Source of the DNA: Candidatus Uhrbacteria bacterium
GTDB lineage: Bacteria; Patescibacteriota; Patescibacteriia; UBA9934
DNA: 64,000 nucleotides
Direction: 5' to 3'
NCBI GenBank assembly: GCA_943359325.1
Contig: CALRHD010000003.1
Coordinates: 12,081 to 76,080, forward strand
Both the position numbers and the translations under genes were made by a program. Shown here in pieces: positions 20,153 to 31,465 of this stretch (position 1 is its first letter; every line of letters starts with the position of its first letter). The notes below the pieces were generated by a model, which ran no database searches, was not told the DNA's origin, and saw only the letters and a list, made by a program, of their open reading frames with translations.

Positions 20153-20337
20153 TAATGGCAGTGCGGCATTGTCGCCTCTTCGCTCGCACCGTCATCTGAG
20201 AAATTTTTCGCCATCTTCCTGTTGCAACACAAGAAGTGATCGCGTGCCACCCTTTACACTGCCTACTTGTTTACTCGAAATTTCTCGGGACGGGGCTTAC
20301 TCATCGTCAACAACACCGCACCGCCATTATCACGCAT

Positions 20338-21420
20338 ATGCATTTTCGACCACGCACCGCAATTATCTATCTCTGCTGGAACAACCTGCGGCATTTGCCA
20401 GAGGTTGTGGCGTCGTGGGAAAAATTGGATTATCCGAAAGACCGAATGACGATTGTCATTTTGCCCGCACATTCTCCTGACGGGGTTGCCGATGTTATTC
20501 GTCGCGACGTGTTGCCAAGAAGTGGAAAGGATTTGCCTGAGATTGTTGTTATTGACGAAGAGAACCGCGGGTTCACCGTCAACAATAACGTGGGGTTGCG
20601 GTGGGCGCTCGAACAAGGTTATGACTATGTGTATTTGCAAAACGGAGATTTGCAGTTGGATGTTGCTGCAATTTCCGAAGCGGTAAAAATTGGAGAAGCA
20701 GATGAGAAAATAGGCGCGGTGCAGTCGTTGGTATGTTTTTGGAATGACCACGAAAAAGTGAATACGTCTGGTGGCATGGTGCATGTTGCGGGGTATGGGT
20801 TTGCGCGCGACAATGGTAAGCGCCTCGCCGATGTTTCGATTGTAGACGGTAGCGAGATTGCGTATGCGTCTGGCGCTGCGGTGTTGTACCGTGTTGATGC
20901 GCTCAAAAAAGTTGGTCTTTTTGACGAGGGTTTTTTTATGTATCACGACGACCTCGAACTGGGTCTGCGCTTGAAAATCGCAGGCTACAAAAATGTTATC
21001 GCCACACAATCGAAGACCTATCATGACTATCAATTCGGTAGGACGACGAAAATGTTTTTATGGATTGAAATGAATCGCTACATCGTACTTCTTGCATATT
21101 TACGATTGCGCACCATTCTGTTTCTTGCACCACTCTGGTTTGCCATCGAAATCGGCGGGTGGTTCATGTTTGTAAGGTCGGGTAACATTTTTGTAAAATT
21201 GCGCGCAGTGCGTTTGTGGCTTTCGCCGAAGCCGTGGCGACTCATTGCGTCGATGCGACGTCGTGCGCAATCGCTCCGAACAATTTCCGATCGTGAACTC
21301 ACCAAACTTTGGACAGGCAAAATCGAGGCGCAAGAAATGCCAAACATATTTTTGGAACGCATTGCCAATCCTGTTGTTGACGGCATTTGGCAAGTACTTA
21401 AAAAATGTCTTGTATGGTAG
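20338..21420 (+). CDS. Glycosyltransferase family 2
   Basis: NRGF...NN.G, SGAAVL and GLFDEGFFMYHDDLELGLR motifs. Confidence 0.85.
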   Translation: MHFRPRTAIIYLCWNNLRHLPEVVASWEKLDYPKDRMTIVILPAHSPDGVADVIRRDVLPRSGKDLPEIVVIDEENRGFTVNNNVGLRWALEQGYDYVYLQNGDLQLDVAAISEAVKIGEADEKIGAVQSLVCFWNDHEKVNTSGGMVHVAGYGFARDNGKRLADVSIVDGSEIAYASGAAVLYRVDALKKVGLFDEGFFMYHDDLELGLRLKIAGYKNVIATQSKTYHDYQFGRTTKMFLWIEMNRYIVLLAYLRLRTILFLAPLWFAIEIGGWFMFVRSGNIFVKLRAVRLWLSPKPWRLIASMRRRAQSLRTISDRELTKLWTGKIEAQEMPNIFLERIANPVVDGIWQVLKKCLVW

Positions 21421-22490
21421 TTGCACAAGTTGTTTGTATTTATCCGCCACAACGAGGCGGTATTGGTACTGTTGCGGCAGAGTATGCGCGACGGCTCAAG
21501 GAACGCGGGATTGATGTGCGCGTTTTTCACCCCGAAAATACGCCGTCGTGGTTTCGTATCGGCCATGTTGCATGGACACCGTCTCTCATTTTGCGATTGC
21601 GTAACGCCGATGTCATACACCTCCATTACCCGTTTTACGGAGCGGATCTTTTTGCCGCGTTTGCTGCATGGGTTTGGCGCATTCCTCTTGTGGTAACGCA
21701 CCACATGTGTCCGAAAGTTTCGGGTTGGCGCACCCCGATGTACGTAATAAATCGTTGGTGTGTGGAACCGCTTGTACTTCGCGTCGCACAGACGGTTTTC
21801 GTTGCTACCGCAGAGTATGCAAAGGCGCAGCAAATTCGACATCGTAATCTTGTCGTACTTCCGTTTGGAGTCGACACAAAACGATTTTCCGTTGGTCGTG
21901 ACAACGAGTTTCGGCGTGCGCATAATATCGACGCAGACTCAACGGCGATACTTTTTGTCGGCGGGCTGGACGCGGCGCATAATTTTAAGGGTGTCGATGT
22001 ACTGCTCGATGCGTGTTCGCTCATCGCAGCAGATACGTCGTGGACACTCATGATTGTGGGAAGTGGCAATCGCAAAAAAGATTTTGAAGCGTTTGCCGCA
22101 TCGCTTGGTATCGCTGACCGTGTACGGTTTATTGGTTCGGTTCCGTTTGAGGAATTACCGAATGCATATCGTGCCGCCGATATCCACGTTCTTCCGTCGA
22201 CGAATCGTGGTGAAGCATTTGGGATCGTTACACTCGAAGCGGCGGCAACGGGTATTCCATCTGTGGTGAGTGACCTTCCGGGGATGCGAACACTCGTACA
22301 ACACGGGGAAACAGGGTTGTGCGTAAAACCAAATGACGCTGCGGCGCTTGCGCATGCACTCAAAGACCTGCTACAACAGGATGGTCGGCGAGAAGTCATG
22401 GGTGCCGCCGCGCGCGTGATGATTGAACGGTCGTACGATGCCGACAAACTGATCGGCGAGCTCATTGCGTGTTACCAAAATCTGCGTTAA
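21414..22490 (+). CDS. Glycosyltransferase family 4
   Basis: YPP..GGIG, HLHYPF, FVGGLD..H.FKG and EAFGIVTLEA motifs. Confidence 0.9.
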   Translation: MVVAQVVCIYPPQRGGIGTVAAEYARRLKERGIDVRVFHPENTPSWFRIGHVAWTPSLILRLRNADVIHLHYPFYGADLFAAFAAWVWRIPLVVTHHMCPKVSGWRTPMYVINRWCVEPLVLRVAQTVFVATAEYAKAQQIRHRNLVVLPFGVDTKRFSVGRDNEFRRAHNIDADSTAILFVGGLDAAHNFKGVDVLLDACSLIAADTSWTLMIVGSGNRKKDFEAFAASLGIADRVRFIGSVPFEELPNAYRAADIHVLPSTNRGEAFGIVTLEAAATGIPSVVSDLPGMRTLVQHGETGLCVKPNDAAALAHALKDLLQQDGRREVMGAAARVMIERSYDADKLIGELIACYQNLR

Positions 22491-22523
22491 TCCTCGCAGC
22501 CAAAAATCCGCGTCAATACTTCT

Positions 22524-23729
22524 ATGAAGATCGGCATTATCACCAACCTCTACCCGCCGCATGCAAGAGGCGGAGCAGAGAACGTCGTCTTTCGGACGGT
22601 GACGGAACTCGTGTCCATGGGGCACGACGTGTTTGTGGTGACGGGGCAGCCGCGGAAAAAAGGATCGTGGATGACCGTCGACCGTTCTGCAACGGAACGT
22701 GTGTATCGATTTTTTCCGCGCAATGTATATTTCACACTTGATGATTACAAACAGCCGTGGCCTGTGCGGTTGTTCTGGCATATCATCGACGCATTTTCTC
22801 CACTTTCTGGGAGAACTGTTGGTGCAATTCTTGACGACGAAAAACCGGACGTTGTGTTTACGCATAATTTAAAGGGACTTGGGCTCTCCATCCCTCGTGC
22901 TATCCAGTCCCGAACTATCCCACACATCCACGTGCTGCACGATTTGCAGCTTATTCTTCCGTCTGGCCTCATGCTGGCCGGCAAGGAATGGCGGTTGACG
23001 GCGTTTGCGCCAATGTACGGCGTGTATCGTGCAATTTGTCGGCACCAATTCGGTAAGCCAAATATGGTCATTTCACCGTCGCAGTTTATTGTCGACCAGT
23101 ATAAGATGCATGCGTTTTTTGGCAATGCGCCGTTCCTCATGCAGCCGAACCCGACGCCGAATTTTCCTGTTGTTGTGCGTGGCGACCACGCAGCTGGTCC
23201 TTTAAAACTTTTGTTTGTCGGACAGTTTGGAGAGCATAAGGGCATTCAGTTTCTTTTGGATGCATTTGTAAAAGTCACACAACATGTACAGCTGCTTATT
23301 GTCGGCGAAGGGCCGCTCCGCGACGTTGTTGCGGCGCATGCGGAAAAAGACAAACGTATTTTGCATTTGGGCTATATGCCGCCAGATGAACTGGTGAAGT
23401 GTTACGGCGTTGCCGACGCTCTCGTCGTTCCTTCACTGTGCTACGAAAATTCACCAACGGTTATTTATGAAGCACTGAATGCGGGGATTCCGATACTCGC
23501 GTCGCGCATTGGCGGCGTTGGTGAACTTATTCGTGAAGGGGAGTCGGGGTATTTGTTTGCTCCCGGTTCCGAGGCAGACTTTCTGCGCACCGTTGGAGAG
23601 CTATTCACACATCGCGCAGAATTCGCCGCCCGCTACGAATCCATCCGCACCACTGTCGCCCCATACTCCCTCGATAAATACACCGCCCGCCTGCTCGAGT
23701 TCGTCAAAATGGTTGTGAGTCAACACTAG
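22524..23729 (+). CDS. Glycosyltransferase family 4
   Basis: NLYPP..RGGAE, HKGI and PSLCYENSPTVIYEA motifs. Confidence 0.9.
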   Translation: MKIGIITNLYPPHARGGAENVVFRTVTELVSMGHDVFVVTGQPRKKGSWMTVDRSATERVYRFFPRNVYFTLDDYKQPWPVRLFWHIIDAFSPLSGRTVGAILDDEKPDVVFTHNLKGLGLSIPRAIQSRTIPHIHVLHDLQLILPSGLMLAGKEWRLTAFAPMYGVYRAICRHQFGKPNMVISPSQFIVDQYKMHAFFGNAPFLMQPNPTPNFPVVVRGDHAAGPLKLLFVGQFGEHKGIQFLLDAFVKVTQHVQLLIVGEGPLRDVVAAHAEKDKRILHLGYMPPDELVKCYGVADALVVPSLCYENSPTVIYEALNAGIPILASRIGGVGELIREGESGYLFAPGSEADFLRTVGELFTHRAEFAARYESIRTTVAPYSLDKYTARLLEFVKMVVSQH

Positions 23730-23766
23730 GCACTGTCAGTGCTAAGTGTGGATAACTTGTGAATAA
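23721..23766. repeat. Palindromic repeat plus DnaA-box-like motifs (copy 2)
   Basis: caacactaggcactgtcagtgctaagtgtggataacttgtgaataa. Confidence 0.7.
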
Positions 23767-23797
23767 AAAATCCTGCTCGTGTGAACAGGGATTTTTA

Positions 23798-24025
23798 TTA
23801 TGCTAATTTTGTAATGTCGACTTTTTTCCCCTCATTTGCCCACTTCATGAGCGTCTTCAACCCGCGGGTCGAAATCAGCACACGTTCCTTTCTGCCTGTC
23901 GCAGGGTTCACGAGCACACGTTTCTGCAAATTGGGCATTTGGCGACGCTTTGTTTTAACGTTGCTGTGGCTCACGTTATTGCCCGTGAGGGGTGTTTTGC
24001 CAGTAACGGCGCAGACTTGGGACAT
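23798..24025 (-). CDS. rpmB: 50S ribosomal protein L28
   Basis: [37 protein letters not shown]. Confidence 0.95.
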   Translation of the reverse strand: MSQVCAVTGKTPLTGNNVSHSNVKTKRRQMPNLQKRVLVNPATGRKERVLISTRGLKTLMKWANEGKKVDITKLA

Positions 24026-24036
24026 AGAGAAGGGTG

Positions 24037-24066
24037 TCCGGCGGAGCCGGATCCGGCTTTGCCGGA
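24037..24066. repeat. 30-bp doublet palindrome (TCCG..CGGA family), intergenic copy
   Basis: tccggc-gga-gccgga-tccggc-ttt-gccgga; same architecture as 26663-26692. Confidence 0.75.
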
Positions 24067-24187
24067 AAAAGCTAGAAGGTAAAACGATGACGGAAGTGTA
24101 GCGGATCACGGAGAATTGAGCAAGTCTATAGCCACTTTCCTATAGAACTACCCCGCTACTTCCTAAAAAATGCTATACTCCCACAAT

Positions 24188-25546
24188 ATGGGAGGGAAGA
24201 CGGGGGAAGGGGGAATCGCCCACATTGTTGCGGTAAATATGGGCTATGGCCACGAGCGGCCAGCGCATGTTTTGCGTGGGTTGGCGACGGGAGGGCGGGT
24301 GGTGATCGCGAACGACTATGAGGGCATTCCGAAAAGTGACCAGTCGCTGTGGCATACGAGTCGCATTTGGTATGAGCGAATTTCGCGATTTCGCGTCGTC
24401 CCGATTTTGGGGCCGATTGCGTTTGGCGCGATGGACGTTTTACAAAGCATTCCCGATTTTTACCCGCGGCGCGACATGTCTCGGCCGTCGCTGCAGTTGC
24501 GCGAACTTTACGCACTCATCCGCAATCGAAATTGGTGCCGTCATCTTATTGATGAGCTCGCAAAAAATCCGTTGCCGTTGTTGTGTACATTTTTCACTCC
24601 TGCGTTTGCTGCGGAAGAGTTTGGATACCCAGGAGATATTTACGTTGTTATTTGTGACGCCGACATGAGTCGCGCGTGGGCACCGCTATCGCCGAAGCAC
24701 AGTCGCATAAAATATTTTGCGCCGACGGGGCGTGTGGTGGAGCGACTCAAACTGTACGGCGTTCGTGAAGAAAATATTTTTCATACGGGTTTCCCGTTGC
24801 CCATGGAAGCAATTGGCGGTCTCGACGCGCCGATGCTGCGTCGTGATCTTGGCCGACGTTTGTGCAACCTCGATCCGCGCGGCGTTTTCACGTCGCATGC
24901 CATGTCAACGCTGAGTGCTGTGCTCGGTAAAACATTTTGTGATTCACTCGAAGGTCAGAAGCCGAAAAAACTTTCGTTGACGTTTGCGGTTGGAGGGGCA
25001 GGGGCGCAGCGTGAAATTGCGGTTGCGGCGGCAAAGAGTTTGCGGCGCGAAATTCTTGCGGGAACCATTCGCATGACGCTTGTGGCGGGAACACGGCATG
25101 ATGTTGGCGAATATTTTCATACCGAGCTTGCGAAAGCAGGACTCGAGCGTGCAATCAAAAAAGGCGACGCGGCAATCATGCTCGCCGAAAATCGTCCCGA
25201 TTATTTCTCAAAATTTGCACTCCTCATGCAGGAGACAGATATTTTGTGGACGAAGCCGTCGGAACTCTCGTTTTTTTCAGGGTTAGGTTTGCCGATTGTT
25301 ATGGCGCCAACTGTGGGGAGTCAAGAGGATTTTAATCGGCATTGGTTGCAGCAAATTGGTGGTGGTGTCGATCAACTTGATCCGCGTTATGCAAACGAAT
25401 GGCTGTTTGACTGGGTGAATGGCGGGGCATTGGCACGCATGGCGTGGAATGGCTACGTCGAGGCGCCAACGCACGGCGCTTATCGCATTACGGACATTCT
25501 CTCTGGTCGTTCAAATTCAATGCACCAATTGCCGCTGGTTGTGTAG
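24188..25546 (+). CDS. Conserved hypothetical protein, GT-B-fold-like
   Basis: VNMGYGHERPA, VGGAGAQ, DILWTKPSEL and GSQE..N motifs resemble the MGDG synthase/MurG-like fold. Confidence 0.65.
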   Translation: MGGKTGEGGIAHIVAVNMGYGHERPAHVLRGLATGGRVVIANDYEGIPKSDQSLWHTSRIWYERISRFRVVPILGPIAFGAMDVLQSIPDFYPRRDMSRPSLQLRELYALIRNRNWCRHLIDELAKNPLPLLCTFFTPAFAAEEFGYPGDIYVVICDADMSRAWAPLSPKHSRIKYFAPTGRVVERLKLYGVREENIFHTGFPLPMEAIGGLDAPMLRRDLGRRLCNLDPRGVFTSHAMSTLSAVLGKTFCDSLEGQKPKKLSLTFAVGGAGAQREIAVAAAKSLRREILAGTIRMTLVAGTRHDVGEYFHTELAKAGLERAIKKGDAAIMLAENRPDYFSKFALLMQETDILWTKPSELSFFSGLGLPIVMAPTVGSQEDFNRHWLQQIGGGVDQLDPRYANEWLFDWVNGGALARMAWNGYVEAPTHGAYRITDILSGRSNSMHQLPLVV

Positions 25547-25651
25547 GTGATAGGGCGGGCACAGGGCGAGCCCGTACGAGCAGAATCACGCCGAGGCGTC
25601 CGGGACAGGTCAAAGCGTGACAAAAAGGCCGTATTCGCGTAGGCTTTGTTT

Positions 25652-26314
25652 ATGTTATCGAAAGCGCAAGAGCGGATTCTACGGGATTTGCAAACAAAAA
25701 AGGGTCGTAAGGACCGAGGGCTTTGCCTCATTGAGGGCGCAAAGTTTGTCCGGGACGCCAAACGTTTCGTCGAGTTTTCGTTTACCCCGCAGGATACAAA
25801 CCAGTTTCGTGAGTATGTGTCGACGGTAGCACCGCAGTCGATTGCCGCTGTTGCTCGTGTGCCTGAATGGACAATGGATGATGTACTGCAAAAAGATGTT
25901 GTTGTGGTGCTCGACGGCGTGCAGGACCCTGGAAACGTTGGTAACGTGTTGCGTGTTGCGCTCGGGTTCGGTGCGTCGGTTATTGCGGTTGAGAGCGCCG
26001 ACATTACGAGCCAAAAAGTGGTGCGTGCCAGTACGAGCGCAATGTTCAAAACGCCGTGGGTCGAAATGAAACGCGACGAAGCGCTTGATGTGCTCGCCGA
26101 AATCGACCGTCCGATTTATCGACTCGAAAATAAAACTATTTCTAAGGATCCCGAATTTATTCATAAGGGGAAAATCGTGCTTATCGCAGGCAACGAAGGT
26201 AGTGGCATCCAGCTCGACGTCAACGGTACGTCTGTTCGCATTGCCCACGACCCCGCCCTCGAGTCGCTCAACGTCGCCGTCGCCGTCGCAATCGTGCTCT
26301 CGCGTTTGTACTAA
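25652..26314 (+). CDS. TrmH/SpoU family RNA methyltransferase
   Basis: LDGVQDPGNVGNVLR, GNEGSGI and ESLNVAVA motifs. Confidence 0.9.
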   Translation: MLSKAQERILRDLQTKKGRKDRGLCLIEGAKFVRDAKRFVEFSFTPQDTNQFREYVSTVAPQSIAAVARVPEWTMDDVLQKDVVVVLDGVQDPGNVGNVLRVALGFGASVIAVESADITSQKVVRASTSAMFKTPWVEMKRDEALDVLAEIDRPIYRLENKTISKDPEFIHKGKIVLIAGNEGSGIQLDVNGTSVRIAHDPALESLNVAVAVAIVLSRLY

Positions 26315-26315
26315 T

Positions 26316-26327
26316 GGGGTCAGGTCT
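26316..26327. repeat. GGGGTCAGGTCT dispersed motif (also 31032-31043 and 53936-53947)
   Basis: Three exact 12-mers, each just downstream of a stop codon. Confidence 0.6.
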
Positions 26328-26344
26328 GGAATCTGGAATTGTGA

Positions 26345-27566
<1,222 letters not shown>

Positions 27567-27572
27567 ACATAT

Positions 27573-27977
27573 ACCCAGGAAGAGTGCGGCGTCACTCATC
27601 CGAAGGGATCGATAGACCATTCGTAAACAGGGGCATCGTACCCCAGCCTGCCGCGTTGTAGGTTCTACTGTCGCACGGACATAGTTGGTGGGAGCACACC
27701 AAGAGCGCCGTGGCTGAGTGATAGCGAAAAGGTCATCTGACGCGCGGATTTGGGAAATCTGTGCGAAACGGGAGTGCCACTCTCCCGAAAAGGCTAGCCA
27801 CCTTGCCGCCTCGAAATAAGAGGAAATGCAGTGAGATCAGGCAACCGGCTGTTTGATGAGGCACGTCACACATCCTGAAGTGTGTGGCCATGACCAAAAA
27901 CAAACGTTGGAGGTGCTGCCGAGCCTCCATCCCCTCTGACCCTCTCGTGCGTAAGCGCGAGGGGGTCTCCTTTTTTT
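27573..27977 (+). ncRNA. Putative large structured ncRNA of unknown class (~400 nt)
   Basis: Promoter at the 5' end, about 12 predicted helices including long-range ggtcat/atgacc, terminator at the 3' end, no credible ORF. Confidence 0.6.
27938..27977 (+). terminator. Intrinsic terminator
   Basis: gaccctctcgtgc-gtaa-gcgcgagggggtc-tcc-T7. Confidence 0.85.
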
Positions 27978-27996
27978 CGTGCTATACTATTCTTGT

Positions 27997-28368
27997 ATGC
28001 AAACGGCAGTAAAAGGCGTTGGCGGAGTACTTGGTGAAGTCGTTGGCGATGTGGTGCGTTTTCCGTTGTGGTGGTACACGACAGGTGTGGTGCATGCGGC
28101 AACGGTACTCTTGCATAGCGTCAAATACTACGCACGGAGTCTCGGGATTGCGGTGTGGATACGCAACATTTTCGTTCCCATGTTCGGCCAGCACGATTGG
28201 CAGGGGCGGATTATTTCCGTGTTCATGCGGAGCGCACAAATTTTTTTCCGAGGTGTCGCGCTCGGCATATACGCTATCGTTGCGCTTGCACTTTTTGTGT
28301 TGTACGTTGCCGTCCCACTGTGCGCATTTGCGTTTTTCCTCTTTCATATTTCTGCCATCTTTTTGTGA
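27997..28368 (+). CDS. Conserved membrane protein coupled to the Clp ATPase
   Basis: FPLWWYT.G and W.RNIFVPMFGQ.DWQGRIIS.FMR motifs; GTGA overlap with the next gene. Confidence 0.75.
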   Translation: MQTAVKGVGGVLGEVVGDVVRFPLWWYTTGVVHAATVLLHSVKYYARSLGIAVWIRNIFVPMFGQHDWQGRIISVFMRSAQIFFRGVALGIYAIVALALFVLYVAVPLCAFAFFLFHISAIFL

Positions 28369-31016
28369 ACGACCTTCCTCAATTTTCTGTTCCCGTCATT
28401 GATGAAACAAGTCCTGACTTGTTGACAGGTGTTTTGGTTGATGGGGTGTTTTGGCGATGGGAGAACAGGGTGACGCTGTCGACGATTGCATGGGAGAAAA
28501 CGCGCAAGTCAGTACGGAAAATGGTGACAGGGGTGACGACGGTGCTGGCGTTTGCGGGTGTTGGCGTATTCGTGTTCGGCGTCGTTGTCGTATTCGGTGC
28601 CGACATTTTACGCTCTGCGACATGGTGGCAGCCGAATGCGTACCTCGCAGGCTTTTGGTTTGCTATTCTCTGTGCGCTATTTTTGCACTATCGACGTGTG
28701 CGTGAGCAGCTTGAGGAGAAAAACGTCCCGCACCCAAGAACAAATCCCGAATTCGTGACACTTCCGTCGCCGGATGCGGTTGAGCGTCACGGGAATATTT
28801 TTTCTGTTTCTGACGTTGAGGCACGCAACGCCGTTGCCGACGCATTCACGTTGGCGAATGGTGCGGGGCATGCCGGCGTTTCTGCACTTCACCTTTTTGC
28901 CGCGACGATCCCTACGCGTCCCATTGCAACGCTCTTTGCCCGCCTCGGCATTTCATACGACGCAATAAAAGAGCCGTTGCGTCGCCGCATGGCAACGTGT
29001 GTCAAAGGCGAGACGGTGTTCGGCAGCACGGCATATGACGTCATTGATCGTGCATTTATGCTCGCGATCGCCGACGGGAGAACTGTGCTTTCACCGCGTG
29101 AAATCTTTACTGCCGCAGTTGCCGTTGAACCGTTTTTTGAAGAGCTCTTTGCGTCAAAAGCGATTACGCGTGAAGCGCTCGACAACACCCTTGCATGGAT
29201 TCGCGTTGGTGACGATTTAGTCGCACGCTACCGCACATTCCGTCGTGCGGCAGGGTTTAAGCCGACCGGCAACATGGATCGCGCATTCACTGCCGTCGCA
29301 ACGCCGTTTCTCGACAGCGTGAGCGAAGACCTCACGCGTAATGCCGTCTATGGCCGCACAGAAATGCTGATTGGCCGCGATCGCGAAATGGCCGATGTGA
29401 TGCGCGCCATTGAAGGCGGTAACCAGAGCATCGTGCTCGTGGGTCCGATTGGCGTCGGAAAAGCGGCGATTGTCGACGGTATTGCCGAGCGCATGGTCGC
29501 CGAGAATGTTCCCGTCGTGTTGCAAGATAAGCGCTTGCTCAAAATTTCCGTGCCGCACATTGTGAGTGCACAGGGCGGTAACGGGGCGGAGGAGCGATTT
29601 TTATACGCCATGCAGCAAGTTGGTGCGGCAGGCAACGTCATACTTGTCATCGAAAATTTGCACGAACTTGTTGGCGCAGGGGAAACGCTCGATTTATCGT
29701 CGATACTTTCTGCGGAACTGGAGAAGGGGTACACGTTTGTGATCGGGACTACCACGGCAGAGGGCTATCGTCTGATTGAAAAGTCGCCGCTTCGTGCACG
29801 ACTATCGAAGGTTGTCATTGAGGAGCCAGAACGTAATGACGCCATTCTTGTTCTCGAGTCGAAATTGGGATTTGTCGAAGCAAAAAATCGTGTGGTGTTT
29901 ACGTATGCGGCGGTCGAAGCAGTTGTCGATATGTCGGCTCGCTACATGCACGACGACATGCTGCCGCAAAAAGCGATCACGCTTGCAGCAGAAGTTGCAC
30001 TCGACGTTGCAAAGAAGGGCGTGCTGCATGCGTGGGTCACAAAAGAAGATGTTGCGCGCCTCGTTGGTACAAAAACAGGCGTGGCGACCACGGAGGTAAC
30101 GGAAGAAGAAGGCGACAAGATGTTGCATTTGGAAGAACGCATGCACGAACGCATTATTGGCCAAGCACATGCGGTGACGGCGATTGCTGCGGCGTTGCGT
30201 CGAGCGCGTGTCGAATTGCGGTCGAAGAAACGACCGATCGCGAACTTCCTCTTCCTGGGGCCGACGGGTGTCGGTAAAACCGAGCTCGCAAAGACGACTG
30301 CTGCGGTGTATTTCGGTGACGAAAAGGCGATGATTCGTTTTGACATGTCAGAGTATCAGGATGCGGCGTCTGTGTCGCGACTTATTGGTGGCAATGGGCA
30401 GGCGGGATTGCTCACGGAAGCCGTGCGCAAGCAGCCGTTTGCACTGCTGCTCCTCGACGAGCTTGAAAAAGCACACCCAGAAATTCTCAATTTGTTCTTG
30501 CAGGTGATGGACGACGGGCGTTTGACCGACGGCACAGGGCGCACGATTGACTTTACGAATATCATTCTCATTGCAACGAGTAACGCGGGGACGCAATTTA
30601 TTCAGGACAGCATTGCGAAGGGCGATACAATCGACGTCATCAAAACCGCACTCCTCGAAAACGAATTGCGCACAACGTATCGCCCCGAATTCCTCAACCG
30701 TTTCGACGACACGATTGTGTTTACGCCATTGACGCAAGAAGACGTGCTGGCGATTGCGCACCTCATGTTGAACGGTGTTGTGGCGCAGATGGAGGAGAAG
30801 GGTATTACGCTCGAAGTGACAGACGCTGAAGTACAGGAATTGGCGCAAAAAGGGTTTGACCCGAAATTTGGTGCGCGGCCGCTTCGCCGTGCTATTCAAG
30901 AAAACGTCGAAAACGCGATTGCGGACTTTTTGCTCCGTGGTAAAGTCGAACGGCGTGACACACTCACCCTCGACGTCGGTGGCGTCATCACGTTGCATAA
31001 AGCACAAGCGCTGTAA
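28365..31016 (+). CDS. ClpA/B/C-family AAA+ ATPase with N-terminal transmembrane helices
   Basis: Two TMs and Clp_N-like repeats; NBD1 GPIGVGKAA; NBD2 GPTGVGKTELAK, RFDMSEY, LLDELEKAH, RPEFLNRFD and FGARPLRR. Confidence 0.88.
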   Translation: MNDLPQFSVPVIDETSPDLLTGVLVDGVFWRWENRVTLSTIAWEKTRKSVRKMVTGVTTVLAFAGVGVFVFGVVVVFGADILRSATWWQPNAYLAGFWFAILCALFLHYRRVREQLEEKNVPHPRTNPEFVTLPSPDAVERHGNIFSVSDVEARNAVADAFTLANGAGHAGVSALHLFAATIPTRPIATLFARLGISYDAIKEPLRRRMATCVKGETVFGSTAYDVIDRAFMLAIADGRTVLSPREIFTAAVAVEPFFEELFASKAITREALDNTLAWIRVGDDLVARYRTFRRAAGFKPTGNMDRAFTAVATPFLDSVSEDLTRNAVYGRTEMLIGRDREMADVMRAIEGGNQSIVLVGPIGVGKAAIVDGIAERMVAENVPVVLQDKRLLKISVPHIVSAQGGNGAEERFLYAMQQVGAAGNVILVIENLHELVGAGETLDLSSILSAELEKGYTFVIGTTTAEGYRLIEKSPLRARLSKVVIEEPERNDAILVLESKLGFVEAKNRVVFTYAAVEAVVDMSARYMHDDMLPQKAITLAAEVALDVAKKGVLHAWVTKEDVARLVGTKTGVATTEVTEEEGDKMLHLEERMHERIIGQAHAVTAIAAALRRARVELRSKKRPIANFLFLGPTGVGKTELAKTTAAVYFGDEKAMIRFDMSEYQDAASVSRLIGGNGQAGLLTEAVRKQPFALLLLDELEKAHPEILNLFLQVMDDGRLTDGTGRTIDFTNIILIATSNAGTQFIQDSIAKGDTIDVIKTALLENELRTTYRPEFLNRFDDTIVFTPLTQEDVLAIAHLMLNGVVAQMEEKGITLEVTDAEVQELAQKGFDPKFGARPLRRAIQENVENAIADFLLRGKVERRDTLTLDVGGVITLHKAQAL

Positions 31017-31063
31017 GCTGAAACGTAAAAAGGGGTCAGGTCTTGTTATTACTCATTTTGGTT

Positions 31064-31465
31064 ATGTCGCAAAAAAATATTCTTCAAATTTTGCTCGTGA
31101 TCGGCGCGGGATTTTACATCTTCGAGGCAGCCATTCATGCGCTCGGTCTTCCTATTTTGGAACACGATAAGATATTTTTACCAACGCACGACCGTTACAT
31201 CGCCATCATGGCGTTGACATACGCAGCGCTCCTTATTCTCGTTTCAACGAACATCGAAAAATATCGCACGCTCTTTGCCGTTGTCATGACAGGCATTTTT
31301 GTGAGCATGGGCAATGCAGTGCTGATCGCTCATTCGGGAGGCTACGCAGCGTTCGGTGTTATCAATCTTGACAGGAGTTTGACGCTCATTGGTTTCGGCG
31401 CTGCGGTATGGTTTGTGGTGACACTTGCCACTTTTCGACGTTACACTCACACTAACGCCGTATGA
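31064..31465 (+). CDS. Hypothetical membrane protein
   Basis: Four hydrophobic segments; overlaps the next start codon. Confidence 0.65.
   Translation: MSQKNILQILLVIGAGFYIFEAAIHALGLPILEHDKIFLPTHDRYIAIMALTYAALLILVSTNIEKYRTLFAVVMTGIFVSMGNAVLIAHSGGYAAFGVINLDRSLTLIGFGAAVWFVVTLATFRRYTHTNAV

Noticed and set aside
27573-27977. RNase P RNA, tmRNA, group II intron or hammerhead identity for the structured region
   Set aside because: No GAGGAAAGUCC/P4 partner, no tRNA-like termini and no domain V. The CUGAC..GAAA segment lacks the G8-A9 core of a hammerhead.
28155-28364. Long N-terminal extension of the Clp ATPase in the ORF track
   Set aside because: It overlaps the real upstream membrane gene. GTG 28365, overlapping that gene's stop, is the more plausible start.
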